The notes below the pieces were generated by a model. It did no database searches and was not told where the DNA came from. It saw only the letters and a list, made by a program, of their open reading frames with translations. Both the position numbers and the translations under genes were made by a program. DNA of 63,548 bases, filler included, from Octopus bimaculoides (lineage: Eukaryota): NCBI RefSeq assembly GCF_001194135.2. It is 9 parts of 9 records of this genome, joined end to end, with 100 filler letters (N's around TTAATTAATTAA, not from the genome) between each part and the next. Parts side by side here need not be neighbours in the genome. Positions count along the whole stretch, not along the records: positions 1 to 26,317 come from NC_069003.1; positions 26,418 to 45,205 come from NC_068990.1; 7 more parts are not named here. One strand, 5' to 3'. Below are positions 23,999-38,275 of the stretch, one piece after another; within the stretch, counting starts at the first letter, position 1; each line of letters opens with the position of its first letter.

Positions 23999-25747
23999 AT
24001 GTAAGCAGGTACATATATGTATGTTTACATGCATATGCTCATATATCATTTGTATTATTATATATATATATATATATATTCTATTCCATTTTTCATTTTT
24101 TGTTGGTGAGAAGTGATTTAGAAGTCATAAACCTCGCTGCATAACTAATAGGCTTCCGTAGTTCAGTTATCTTATTTACACTTTACTAGCCCTTCATGGC
24201 ATTTCTTATTACTTTTGCCTTTGTTCACTTCCGTAGTATCTTCAAGATACCGCTTAGCAGTTGTTGAGAAAGTATATAAACAAGCTTTGTGTTTTAAAAT
24301 TGAAGGGACATTACTCTGATATAAAAAATTCAATCGGATGTCGGTAATAACTGTCAATATCAACTCAGTGAGTCTCTTATCAACACTACTCAAACATTGT
24401 CTGTTTGTCGATATAATCTTTTTCTGAAACATTTCAATTGTTAATAATCTTCACTATAATCTTCCAGTTCGTAATACAGTTACTATCATGGTTGCTGCTG
24501 CCATAATCACTGATGCTTTGGTATGGACGACCAGCCTTACTACGGTTTGATATAATAGCAAGAGGAGGCGACTGAGGGACTCAACGGATAAGCCGTTCTG
24601 ATAAATTCATTCCGTCTCTTTATATTCTGGTTTCAGATCCTATCAGGGTCAACGTTTATATTTTTAGGCGACGAGCTGGCAGAACCGTTAGCGAGCCGGT
24701 GAACAGCAATGACGATACCGGTTTGACTTTGAATCTCTTTAACGATTCAAAATAATGAATTTAATTCCTCTTAATTCTACCTCAGTTCATCGAATTGTAT
24801 TTATTTTTTGATATTCAATGTGCATTTTCGTTTCTTTCTTCTTACTTTCCCCCCATATCTTTCCATGTGTAGGATCTGTTTTCTTTTTGAAACATATTTC
24901 TATTATGTGTGTGTGCGTATGTGTGTGTGTGTGTGTGTGTGTGTNNNNNNNNNNNNNNNNNNNNNNNNNNNNNNNNNNNNNNNNNNNNNNNNNNNNNNNN
25001 NNNNNNNNNNNNNNNNNNNNNNNNNNNNNNNNNNNNNNNNNNNNNNNNNNNNNNNNNNNNNNNNNNNNNNNNNNNNNNNNNNNNNNNNNNNNNNNNNNNN
25101 NNNNNNNNNNNNNNNNNNNNNNNNNNNNNNNNNNNNNNNNNNNNNNNNNNNNNNNNNNNNNNNNNNNNNNNNNNNNNNNNNNNNNNNNNNNNNNNNNNNN
25201 NNNNNNNNNNNNNNNNNNNNNNNNNNNNNNNNNNNNNNNNNNNNNNNNNNNNNNNNNNNNNNNNNNNNNNNNNNNNNNNNNNNNNNNNNNNNNNNNNNNN
25301 NNNNNNNNNNNNNNNNNNNNNNNNNNNNNNNNNNNNNNNNNNNNNNNNNNNNNNNNNNNNNNNNNNNNNNNNNNNNNNNNNNNNNNNNNNNNNNNNNNNN
25401 NNNNNNNNNNNNNNNNNNNNNNNNNNNNNNNNNNNNNNNNNNNNNNNNNNNNNNNNNNNNNNNNNNNNNNNNNNNNNNNNNNNNNNNNNNNNNNNNNNNN
25501 NNNNNNNNNNNNNNNNNNNNNNNNNNNNNNNNNNNNNNNNNNNNNNNNNNNNNNNNNNNNNNNNNNNNNNNNNNNNNNNNNNNNNNNNNNNNNNNNNNNN
25601 NNNNNNNNNNNNNNNNNNNNNNNNNNNNNNNNNNNNNNNNNNNNNNNNNNNNNNNNNNNNNNNNNNNNNNNNNNNNNNNNNNNNNNNNNNNNNNNNNNNN
25701 NNNNNNNNNNNNNNNNNNNNNNNNNNNNNNNNNNNNNNNNNNNNNNN

Positions 25748-25803
<56 letters not shown>

Positions 25804-26104
25804 AAAATGCTGAATGCAGGTTGGTGCAAAAAATATTGAGTGATGCAAGTTATCTGAAGCGGGTGGAGGCGCGTGGCCTATTGGTTTGTGGTGGGATCAC
25901 AATCCCTGTATATTTTTGTTATCTAGTAATTTGGCCATGCTACAGCACCACCGTTAAAAAGAATGTGACAGGCCGCTACAAAGAATCGAACCCAGCACCT
26001 CTCAAACTCCGGTTAAATTAACTGTACCATTAAGCTAATTGACTCATATATATGAACATACACACTTACTTACATACATACATATATATATGATATATAT
26101 ATAT

Positions 26105-26317
26105 GTTTCTTTATTGCCCACTGGGGGCTAACCATAGAGGGGACAAACAAGGACAGAGAAAGGAATTAAGTCGATTATATCGACCCCAGTGCGTAACTGG
26201 TACTTATTTAATTGACTCCGAAAGGATGAAAGGCAAAGTTGACCTCGGCGGAATTTGAACTCAGAACGTAAACCATTTCGCCCGACGTGCTAACGTTTCT
26301 GGCAGCTCGCCGCCTTT
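26105..26317 (-). mobile_element. SINE family B, full copy
   Basis: tttctttattgcccactgggggct..aaggatgaaaggcaaagttgacctcggcggaatttgaactc..ggcagctcgccgcctt. Confidence 0.88.
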
Positions 26318-26361
26318 NNNNNNNNNNNNNNNNNNNNNNNNNNNNNNNNNNNNNNNNNNNN

Positions 26362-26373
26362 TTAATTAATTAA
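26362..26373. other. Assembly gap spacer TTAATTAATTAA (also 45250, 51144, 55033, 57858, 59071, 60906, 62011)
   Basis: Identical 12-mer with stop codons in all six frames, each embedded in N runs of about 44+44 nt. Confidence 0.95.
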
Positions 26374-26447
26374 NNNNNNNNNNNNNNNNNNNNNNNNNNN
26401 NNNNNNNNNNNNNNNNNAATATATACATATATATAATATATATATAT

Positions 26448-26498
<51 letters not shown>

Positions 26499-26676
26499 TA
26501 TACACATACATGCATATATATATATGTATGTATATATGTACATCTACATATATATATGTATATATACATATATATGTATGTATATATGTGTATATATATA
26601 CATATATATGTTTGTATATATATATATATATATTATATATATGTATATATTATGTATATGGATATATGTGTATATA

Positions 26677-26742
<66 letters not shown>

Positions 26743-27749
26743 TATGTAGACATTTGCGTATGCATATATGTGTTTATCACATGTCTGTGTGTCTTTGTGC
26801 TTCTATACAATAGCTTTCTGCAATCTACGACGATACCAGCTAATTGTAGTTTATGAAAAGCCTTCATATTGCTCAATCTGCACTGTGTCTTGAAGTTCTA
26901 TTTAGTATCAGCTCGAAGAACGGTTGTTAGCAAGATGGTTTCCTGTAAATGTTGTACGAATCTGTACCATTATATTGTTTGTTTCGACTATAAAAAATTC
27001 TTTACAATTAAAAAAGCTGTTGACAACTGTTTCGTCTATAGAAATTCTCGAAGCTTAAATAAATTTTAATAAAAGCATCAGTATATTTTAGAACGATTCT
27101 TTTGTGAAAGAAGTAAAATAGGAGATGGAAGAGAATGAGGAAGAGGAAAAGGGCGTTGTGGGGTGGTGGGTTATTTTATTATGTTTGCAAATAGTAACTT
27201 CACACATATGTCGAATATATGTTGCTTTCTTTCGTGTTGTTTCATTAAAACAACAGATCCCTTAGAAACAATATAAACAATATGAATGTTAATAAAAAAA
27301 AAATACTAATGATTTCTTTTATTTACCACAGGGGCGATGGATGAGATAATATTACGAGTACATATTACAATAATGGTGGAGGTTTTCATAGAAAAGATTA
27401 GGAAAAATCTTCCATTATCCAAAAGTGAAATTACACACTCCAGTTAGAGGATACTCTCCTAGAATTAATCAAAAAAATCTACAACTAAGGGGGTATATGT
27501 ACTACCAAGCGTAAATATACTCTTCTAGCTTTGTTCCTTGGCAAATAGACGCTTAAAGAAGGAATATTCTGACCAATCTCACCCACTCCTTTCGGCAAAA
27601 TTCCCTGGAGGTCAGCTCCTCCTTCTCCACCCTAACTTTCTTTTTTTTTTTAAGTAGAACTTATAGAAATCAATACAAGCTTGTCTGAAAAAAAAGGTAC
27701 TTGTCTTGAATTCATTGAACTTGTTGACCATGCAAACATTTTCACAATA

Positions 27750-28700
27750 GTCACCATACAAAGGTAAACTGCCTGCTCATCCAGGCAGGGAGTCGGTGTG
27801 TGATCCTCTCGATGAATCCAACTGAGAGTCAGATCTGTCCTACGCGTGACAACAGTTGTTGAGCATTATACTACATACTGCCAATGCTTGGGCACTGAAT
27901 GAGTGATCGCAAAGTTGATTCAGCACTTTGCATACAACTCATAGACACCTGGCTTCCATTACTTTCCTACCGGAAAAGTTTTTTTCCCAAACCAGCAATG
28001 CTTCTCACTTTAGCTAAAAGGCCAAAGATTTCTGGAAGTTGTTTAAAGTCTTTGGGACGAAATACTGTAATAGGTTACTTTGTTGACTTTTGTTGACTCT
28101 GTTACCTACCACTAATCCTCTATAAAATGCAATGGTTGCGGCACCACTGACTGTGTTGAAAGATCGGTGGAGAACTGTGAACTCCTGAAGATTGCGGTGA
28201 CATGGCGCCCAAATTTGGCCTTCGTTTAACTCACTCTGCAAATCCGCAAAAATTGACAAACATTGGGATGACATGCTCAACAAACAGCGACCATGCCTGT
28301 TCATTGTTCGGGAGTCTCTGTTTGTACCGCAGTCCCAATACATTATTACACATATGATCAACATATAAATACTGAGTACCATATAAAGAGTGTTTTAACT
28401 GCATACGGACCTTCTGTTCAGTGAACTGCATTTTTACACGAAACAAAATATACACTCTTACCTGTTCAAATTTTATCTGTTGGCGTGAAAATTAGTTGTG
28501 CATAGAAACAAAATCTAAAGATAGGAAGCACTTCTTAAACCTTCCAGAATGGACTGAAGTAACAATACCGACTTCTCTGTGCACTGCTTTTCGCTTCACT
28601 TTCCACAAAACGTTGTAGCCGCACCTAACATTATGATTTTAACCTTCCATTGACTTCCAGTTTCTGATAGTGTGGCTATATCTACGATGTATCGGATCAT
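27750..28700 (-). pseudogene. Possible MULE/Mutator transposase remnant
   Basis: Across frameshifts: GRFKKCF, LKHSLYG..NN..NEQAWSLF, DL..C HRNL, SAES, PC. The motif order fits MULE DDE plus SWIM, but the matches are weak. Confidence 0.35.
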
Positions 28701-29633
28701 TTCTCATGCAACAACTGCAGTACATCTGAGTTTACATCCACGCTTGTTAACTAGCTCCTCACACACATTCTAACACGGAATAGTTATATTTCCATTTAAA
28801 TTTTGTATATTTTTCTTCTATTCTTTGAGCCTAAAATGGATGTAGTCAGTTGCACCAAACTGATCAAAAAGAAAGAAAAGCAGTTTTTGATGAATATTTT
28901 CTCAATTTACCTGCTACCCGGGTGAGCTGAGTTCTCTCTACATGCAGCGCTTAGATGCTCGTGCAGCAAGCGAGTCTGCCAAAGTGCACATTCGTAATTG
29001 TACATCCGATTCTCCATGCATCAGATCTGTTCGAGTCACCGCCTCTCCGTTTCCGCAAGACGAAAGGGTGGGAGATAAATATACCTGTATAGGCAACATT
29101 TTTAGCTCCGATTGGGCTTACACACTACCACATACACACTCTCTACCCTATTATTATGATCTAGATACAAGCCGAAGCAAGGTATCTGGTGTCAATATCT
29201 GAATAAGTGTATGATTAGTGTTAAGTGTTCCCAGTAGTCAATCAATCAACATCCGTAATCAAGGGAATTAGATGCACAACAAAAGGTCCAGCCACCGTAC
29301 TCCATATTTCCCAGTCATCAATCAACATCTCTTTTTTTCATCTTCCCCACCCATTTCATAGTCCTTCTACTCTTTCTAGCAGTAAACATGGTAATGTATA
29401 TTCCCTTCATTGAGTTTATGTGTACATACATACATATATATATATATATANNNNNNNNNNNNNNNNNNNNNNNNNNNNNNNNNNNNNNNNNNNNNNNNNN
29501 NNNNNNNNNNNNNNNNNNNNNNNNNNNNNNNNNNNNNNNNNNNNNNNNNNNNNNNNNNNNNNNNNNNNNNNNNNNNNNNNNNNNNNNNNNNNNNNNNNNN
29601 NNNNNNNNNNNNNNNNNNNNNNNNNNNNNNNNN

Positions 29634-29716
<83 letters not shown>

Positions 29717-29721
29717 GATAA

Positions 29722-29760
<39 letters not shown>

Positions 29761-29906
29761 TAAATATGTGTGTATGTATGTATATGTGTGGGGGTCTATT
29801 TATATACAATCTATATAGGTGTATGTAGAGAGATAGATAGATACATACAGACATATACATATACACTCACATATATTCACATATATATGTGTATGTATAC
29901 GCGCAT

Positions 29907-29945
<39 letters not shown>

Positions 29946-32859
29946 NNNNNNNNNNNNNNNNNNNNNNNNNNNNNNNNNNNNNNNNNNNNNNNNNNNNNNN
30001 NNNNNNNNNNNNNNNNNNNNNNNNNNNNNNNNNNNNNNNNNNNNNNNNNNNAAAATAATGAGATTTGAATAACCGTTTATTGAATATATTTTGAAAAAGG
30101 GTTGAAGCTAAAATTCATTGATGTAGCAATTGTTTGGGGCTAATATTCGTTTACGAAGGGGATCAAAACAGTATATTATCATTTATATACAGAGGCGTTA
30201 TATCATATAATGGCTTAACAATTTTTTACTAATATCTGTGATATTGTGTTTCTCTTAGCTTGCTGTTCTAGGTAGATTGTGTTCTATAAACGGGGGAAAT
30301 GGGAAACCAACACATTTAGTGTTGGTTTCATTGGACACACGTTTGTATGTGCACAAATGCATGTGTTTATGTTTAGTATGTGGGTATATATACATGTTCG
30401 TATGCACGGGTCTGTGTGCCTGACTTCAGATAGCAAAAATTTGTTTCTAACCATTTACAGACCTCCTTAAACTAAAATATTGGTGTATATTAACGAAACC
30501 CTGACGGAAATTACACGAGGCACTCCTTATAATATGTTTTATTTAATTCCGTATAGTTAATGTCACCTTGGAGGAAATTTTAGAAAAGACAAGAAAAATT
30601 ATACAGAAACAGAGAAATAAATAAAACATAAGGCGTGTTATTAGGTTTTTATTATATTTTGTAAATATAAACATGTCAAAGAAATTTTCTTAGGAGTTGC
30701 TGTTTGGATCTTGTTTCAAGCGAATCGGAAATAAATACCGTCCTGGACAGGACACAAGTCTACAGTAATTAACATTTCGAAATTTATCTGGAACTTGTTT
30801 CCGACAGCTAGATAAACAGTGCAGCGTAGAATTGTGTTCTGACAGAAATATATCAAAAGTGATTATAAATGCAAAATATTCCATCTCTTAGACCAAACTA
30901 TCATCTCAATATTTTCCTCTCAGTTTACTGTATATTCACTGAAATACATTAATAACATCTCACAAAGTCAAAATGTGACTGTGATTTTATGAGATTTACA
31001 CCTTCGTTGTGTTTGCCTCAGCAATGTTTAAAGTAGTCGTTGTATTTTTACCATGGAAGTCCATTAAGTCTCTGTTTGACAATTCAGGCATGATACACAA
31101 CTCTCAAGATGTCTGCTTCCCAAATCTGAAACTAGTCAAGAAATATATTGATTGATGACCTAAATGGCACACTAAGGGTGCAATATATTCCATTTAGCCA
31201 AGTATTTAAATTTCCAAACGACTGGCAACTTATTCTCCATGGGACACATGTCAGTGTAACGGGAATTTGATTATGTAGTCCATATATATATATCTGTCCA
31301 TTACTTTTTTAAGCAATCTGTAAAACAATATAGATATATATCATAAGAAGCGGTCCAGATGGTTGTCGGAAATATTCTGAAAGAATATTTATACTCCACT
31401 ATAACTGATGTAGTTGGAGTTCTCATTTATAAAACATGTTTGGGAGCCCTTTTTTTTAAAACATCCCGATGGGATTTGAAATCAGAATTGGGGACTATGA
31501 TATTAAATAATGCAAATTAAATTGTATTGTATTTTGTGTTTTATACATCTCCAAGACTTACAAAAAACTGGAATATTAAAATGTACAATATATATTTTTA
31601 ACATTCATTTTAAGATAGTCCAGACGCGAAAGAAATTATTTATGATGTAGCATATTTATTGAATATTATAGCGTAAATATTGTGCACTGTATTCATTGTA
31701 TAGAATAGGATGTACACTGAATGTGCACATACTTACGTATATAAATGTAAAAGTGCATTTACGTGTACGCATGTGTGTGTGTGCGCGCGCGTCCATGTGT
31801 GTGTGAGTGTATGTCTATAAACAGGCTTGTGTGTATGTACATATGTACACGTGTCAACGTTAAGTTGAATATAAAGAATACCTTTTCTGTATAAGCAGTG
31901 CTTCTGTTGCTACTAATATTTTAAAAATATTCCTGATGTTTCTGTAGTGGTCTATGCACTGTAGCGGTTTATGAACTATATATAACCACTACAGTTCTTT
32001 GCCACATCAGTGCAAAAAATATCTACTTCAGAGAAATGATGTATTTAAAATCTTGTATTTAAACCTAACACACTGAAATAGTAGTTTCGTTATACATACT
32101 AAAATCCATAGAAGCACTTATTTCAGTATCGAACCCGACACACGTGTGATGCTGCTAGCAACATACCGACCGAGCCAAAACGCACTATTTACATCCAAAA
32201 CGAAGTACAGAATGACACCTGAGCTAGAAATAATTCAAAATATACAGGAAGGAATAGAATGAACCGAAATATCCCGCCATAATCAATCTGAGTTGCTAAC
32301 ATCTTTATAGAATGAACTGTAAGTACAAAATGACAATAATAGTAGCAACAACAACAATAATTGAGTAAAAATAATTTCATGTTATCTTAATCAGTATGTA
32401 AAATAAAATTATCGCTAAACTAAAATTTGTTCGAATAATTATATTGTGTTGAATACTATGTATAGATGATTTAGAAAGATACATATATGTCGTTGAAAAA
32501 CTTAATCGGAGAACCGAAAAAAAATAAGGCTTTTTATTTATTTATTTATTTGGTTTATAAATAAGCTTGTTGCAATTTTTGTTCTGCAGTGCGATAGAGA
32601 TCTCCCTAGTTACACTTACCGTCATAAATGCAGTGATGAAGCGATTGAATGATGAACAATTTCGGTCGTAAATAACGACTCTGTTGTTCATTAAATTCTA
32701 TCTAAAATAAATAAATAAATAAATAAATACCATTGCATTTTGATGTTTATATTTATCAATGATAGGCTGGCTCCATCATGTTAGTAATGAAAGTAAGTAT
32801 AACTATATACATAAATGGCAATTTCTGTCTGTGGCTGAGTGTGTGTGTGTGCGTGGTAA

Positions 32860-33120
32860 AGGTATTTTTCGATGTTGTTGTTGTTGTTATTATTATTATT
32901 ATTAGTAGTAGTAGTAGCAGTAGTAGTATTCAGGTCACTGCCTGGAATGGAACTCGGAATCTTGGGGTTAGTAGCCAGCGCTCTTAACCACTTCGCCATA
33001 AGCCTGTGGGCATATGGCGTAGTGGTTAACAACAAACAAGATGAGGACAAATAGCCGTCAAATGTAAATAATGTAAATAATGTATATAATTGCTCATCTC
33101 TTAAATATAGAACTGTAAAG
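32860..33120. mobile_element. tRNA(Ser-like)-headed repeat with an inverted copy of its own 5' end
   Basis: Minus 33000-32930: tggcgaagtggttaagagcgctggctactaacccc..gagttccattcc (A and B boxes, ACT at the anticodon position). Plus 33013-33029 repeats the A-box region in inverted orientation. Confidence 0.7.
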
Positions 33121-33464
33121 TCTCTTTTCTTTAAATAATTTTTTGTTTACTTTGCAAACTTTTATGTTCTTTTTTTTTTTTTTTCATAGCACTCCTTTAC
33201 GATTCCCCTCTTGATGTTTCCGTTGATTATATATTTGCAGCTTTCCACTTATCTGACCAAACGATTGTCATTTTCCGATTCCATACGTATTTATTTGTAT
33301 TATTGTTTCATGAATGAATTTGCTTACGCCTTCTACTATCTGTTCTATGTCATGATTTCATCATTTTTCGTCTGAGAGAAATTAGGCATTGTAATGAGTA
33401 CTAGAAAAATCCCCGCTCCCGGGTGTATACGATATATATATATATATATATATGGGAGAATATA

Positions 33465-33738
33465 CAAATAATAACAACAGACGAGGACAGGTGGTGTAAA
33501 TAACAAAAGTATATATTAGTATGACGCTCGGGAATACGGAAAGTCTTTGATGTTTCGAGCTACGCTCTTCAACAGAAAGAATACGGAGACAAGGAGAAAA
33601 ACACGGAGAAAAAAAATTGAATAGTGTTCAGTCAACGGTCAATCATAATAATGGCCGATCATAATAATGGCCGATCATAACAATGACTGACCGGAAGTTA
33701 GAAATTCTTATTTCAGGAGAGCTAAGAAAGGGGGAGAT
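33465..33738 (-). mobile_element. PLE-type terminal module
   Basis: Homologous to 5850-6000 and 63210-63330. Confidence 0.65.
33544..33580 (-). ncRNA. Minimal hammerhead-like motif with CUGUUGA core
   Basis: tcttt-CTGTTGA-a-gagc gta gctc-GAAA-cat-c-aaaga: 5-bp stem I, 4-bp stem II, predicted AUC cleavage triplet. Confidence 0.5.
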
Positions 33739-35240
33739 NNNNNNNNNNNNNNNNNNNNNNNNNNNNNNNNNNNNNNNNNNNNNNNNNNNNNNNNNNNNNN
33801 NNNNNNNNNNNNNNNNNNNNNNNNNNNNNNNNNNNNNNNNNNNNNNNNNNNNNNNNNNNNNNNNNNNNNNNNNNNNNNNNNNNNNNNNNNNNNNNNNNNN
33901 NNNNNNNNNNNNNNNNNNNNNNNNNNNNNNNNNNNNNNNNNNNNNNNNNNNNNNNNNNNNNNNNNNNNNNNNNNNNNNNNNNNNNNNNNNNNNNNNNNNN
34001 NNNNNNNNNNNNNNNNNNNNNNNNNNNNNNNNNNNNNNNNNNNNNNNNNNNNNNNNNNNNNNNNNNNNNNNNNNNNNNNNNNNNNNNNNNNNNNNNNNNN
34101 NNNNNNNNNNNNNNNNNNNNNNNNNNNNNNNNNNNNNNNNNNNNNNNNNNNNNNNNNNNNNNNNNNNNNNNNNNNNNNNNNNNNNNNNNNNNNNNNNNNN
34201 NNNNNNNNNNNNNNNNNNNNNNNNNNNNNNNNNNNNNNNNNNNNNNNNNNNNNNNNATATATATATATATACATATACATATATATAAACATTTTTGTTA
34301 CACTGAGGTTAGTGAGGTTAGTATCGTAAGAAAAACAGCGGAACATTTACTGGGTGTGACTAGAGTCAAATTTTTTGTAAAGTTCGTCTCTCGGTTTCGC
34401 TTTATGGCTACGGTGAATAACGTTGAATAAGCCGTTAGGCGAAACTCGCAAACTCAGTCAACATGAACCTTACAAGTAACATGTAAACAAAGATTAAATA
34501 ACTATATCCTACAGGATGTATGTAGATCAGATACATTTTTAGCTTGTCAATCAAACCGGAATAGCTATGTATAACAATCGGCGATGCTGGATGATGAATA
34601 TGAGTTAATTTTCTAATGCATGCCGGGAAAGGAATTCATGAAACTAGGAGCTTTTGTCTATAACACACACCTTGACCTAAGCTCTAAAGGAGTCTGCACC
34701 GTGTTATACAGGAACTGATTTTCACATTAAGTCACGCTTGGTTGGACTTATCACGGATAAGCAAAAGTCAGAGCTGGAGAGGAAATATAAATAATCTAGA
34801 GGAGAAGGAGGAAGGATGACGGAAAGAGAGGAAGGAGAGAAGAAGAGAGGCTGAAAGAGAAGGTGAGAAAACAGCTGGAAGATGGTATTAACAGGTTGTA
34901 GTGGTTTTTATTTTTAGTGATGAGCCTAAAGAAAGCTAACCTCGGTGGCATTGTAGATAATCAGATTAAAGGCAATCTCTCATCTAGACTCACCCACCTA
35001 CATACTGATATATTAACACACACTCTCTCTCTGTGTCTCTATCTCCCTTTCTCCCTCACACACCACAAGCTTGTGTGTGTTTATGTGAATATATCTGTGT
35101 CTGTGAGTCTGTGAACATATATATATATTTATATATATACAGGCAGACACCCACATATGCGCACACATGTACACAGACCCGAGAGCGTAACATCATATTT
35201 ACATATGCATATGCACACACACACTCACGCACACACGCAC

Positions 35241-35334
<94 letters not shown>

Positions 35335-36154
35335 AAGGCGGAAGTGTGTGCATGGGATTGCAGTGTTTGCAGTACATAAAGTTGAGTATTTCGTATCGTT
35401 GTATCTATGATTATAAGCATATATATAACAGAATACGGGGCGATGTGTAAGTAAATATACATATATACATCCTTAGATAATATACAAATGTATGTATGAA
35501 CCTATGTACGTATATGCATTTGTATATATACATACATTATGTGTATCATAAAGCATTTATGTATGTGTATATGCATGTGTATATAATCATGTAATTGAAT
35601 TCATACAGACACACTGATCCATATATTGTTCACACTCTCGACCTATCTACATAAAAACACATAATCACTTTGATACACATACATGTGGATATTTAGTGCT
35701 ACCCACATATCCAAATAAGTTCATATTGACAAAATATATGCATCCATAATTCGGAGAGATACATGCTTTTATGAATTATTATATATCTACATTGTCTATA
35801 CAGTTTAATAACGTGGTTCTAGAGATGTATATTAAATTCATATATATAAAAAGGGATCGATAGAATAAGTACTAGGCTTACAAAGAATAAATCCTGGGGT
35901 CGACTTGCTCGACTGAAAGGTGGTGCTCCAGCATGGCCGCAGTCAAATGACTGAAATAAGTAAAAAAAATAAAAGAATAAGAAATAAGTGGAAATTTTAC
36001 CGCTGAGTGTGTTAAATTATAAGGCACAAAAAGAAAATGACTCTCCGCAGACACTTCACCATACCCTAACTAAATTATTCTAAATGACTTGAGATACGCG
36101 TTCTGCCTTGGTTTTGATTTTTTTCCTCAAATATAACACACACACACATACACA

Positions 36155-36192
<38 letters not shown>

Positions 36193-36205
36193 GATATGTA
36201 TATAC

Positions 36206-36600
36206 ATGTGTAACAAGCGTAAGGACGAATGCAGTTTCAACAAAATCTGTGTGATAAGGAATATAGTGTACAAATGTGAGGTGGAGGCAAATGCACAGAA
36301 ATATATGTGCATTGTTAATATCGCAGACAGCATGAAAAATCATCTCTCATCGTTTTCCAATATAAATAAAAGACACTCCATGTCTCTGTTGAACCTCATC
36401 TAGAGACTAAAAGAGAATGAGCCATATAAAGGAACTTCACGGATGTGCCATATGTCTTGAAGAAACCCTGGAAATAATCACGTCCCGGGAAAACGTGATA
36501 AATAGACACTCTGAGATGGTTATATCATGTAAGCATAGGAACAAATTATCATTCGTGGAATTTGAAAAAGATATTTTGAAACAAAGTAACAGATTATAGA
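36206..36600 (+). pseudogene. PLE GIY-YIG endonuclease remnant
   Basis: CNKRKDECSFNKICVIRNIVYKCEV..NHLSSF..KRHS.SL..I*RLKE, then CAICLEE..VINRHSEMVISCKHRNKL. Confidence 0.85.
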
Positions 36601-37080
36601 ACAGTGAAGGAACCCAAACAAATAAACGAACATATCAATGTTTAAGATGATACACACTACAACAACAGGCAGAGTGAAAAAATCATCATAAGAGGGTAAT
36701 ATTGATCAATTCGGTCAACAAACCGGACTGTATAGCAGCTGAGCACCTCTTCGGCTCAGAATTTATTAAGGAGAGTCATGTCTTGAATGAAATAGAACAA
36801 AGAAATGTACAACCATCCTTAAATCTGCTGAATGAATGATCATCCTTAAAATCTGAAGAAGGAATAGTAAATATCGCCAACACCATCACACACACCTCCA
36901 CCCCCGTATTACTATCATTCCTTCCACTACTCACATCACCTACCTCCCCCTACCACCTACCAAGTACACATAGAATTACCCACATAGCTAGATTGGTCTT
37001 CATACTGGTAAGAAGGGATAAACATCCTTCTGTGATTCATCCACTAATACAGTATCGCCTAATGAAATAAACTAATGGTG

Positions 37081-37320
37081 ATAATCAACCGGATGCCCAC
37101 GGATAATACGGACTAAACTGTACTCATCGGAAGGATACGGACTCTGAAGATGAAGCCGTGTGATTTATATATAATAGCAATAATTTTAGGACGGAATTTA
37201 TAAATACTTAATAGATCGCTATCTGCGTTTCCACAAATCACACGGCTTTATCTTCAGAGTCCGTATCCTTGCGACGAGTACAGTTTAGTCCGGATTATTC
37301 GTGGGCATCTGGTTGATTAT
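37081..37320. repeat. 86-bp inverted repeat of a PLE terminal repeat
   Basis: 37081-37166 versus 37235-37320, 6 mismatches by eye; each arm contains CTGAAGA. Confidence 0.9.
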
Positions 37321-38234
37321 TACGATTAGAATCATACACATCATAGTGCTTTTATTTCATTTTAAAATGTAACTCTTTTATAGACTCAATAGATGAGGAA
37401 ACAGAAAGAGCTGGATATGATTGTAGAATTCCAAATTCAATGTGTTTAGGAATTAAATATGATGGAGGTAAGGTCTCCCTAATGAGGTCAGAACTGAAAG
37501 GAACATCCTCAGCGTTGTTTCCTGTGCCTTCCAGAACACAGAAATAACATTTGTCTTTGGCTAGTGTCGTCTTTTCATGCACCGAATATTCATTTCTAGG
37601 TGATATTTCAATGGTATTTGTGTTAAATGTGTTTACTTTTGCATACCTAATTACTATTTAGTTAAAAAATTTGATCTTTGCATTTTGTGTTCAAATACTG
37701 GCAAAGTCATATTGAAGTTTCTTCATAGAAAGGCCATATACAACGAAAACAATAGAAGTTGATTAAATCAGTTTTATTGGTTTCCTTGAAAACATTGGCC
37801 TTGTTCCTACTAAAATGAAATCAATAAGAAATATAAGCAGATAATTTTGGCAATTTATTAGATAAGAAAATTTTAAGATCTTTAATTGAACGCTAATTGC
37901 ATTTATGAGTTCAGTATATGTTTATAAATCTATATATCTATATACTTGTAAATACCGATACCTGTGTGCGTGTGTGTCTGTGTGTCTGTGTGTGTCTGTG
38001 TGTACGTGTTTGTGGATGGGTGTGTATGTAGATATATGTATATGTGTATGGGGGTGGGGTGTTTGTGTGTATATATGTATATATATATATATACATATAT
38101 ATGGATACATACATATGTGCGTATGTGTATGTGTGTGTGAATAAAAGAAACCTCTACAATGCAAATTTGGCACTTTCGTGGCTTTCTCGGTTCAAATACA
38201 AATTTGCAATGTTTCAAATGTATTTTCTTTCTCC

Positions 38235-38275
<41 letters not shown>

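Noticed and set aside
26362-26373. Recurrent TTAATTAATTAA motif as a biological signal
   Set aside because: Always centred in N runs; a six-frame-stop assembly spacer.
28942-29202. 86-aa ORF in unique, GC-richer sequence as a host exon
   Set aside because: No recognisable homology, weak splice signals and no partner exons.
32930-33005. Functional tRNA-Ser gene (likewise tRNA-like heads at 52001, 13674 and 39325)
   Set aside because: No paired acceptor stem or T-run terminator; each continues into repeat body, so these are SINE-type heads.
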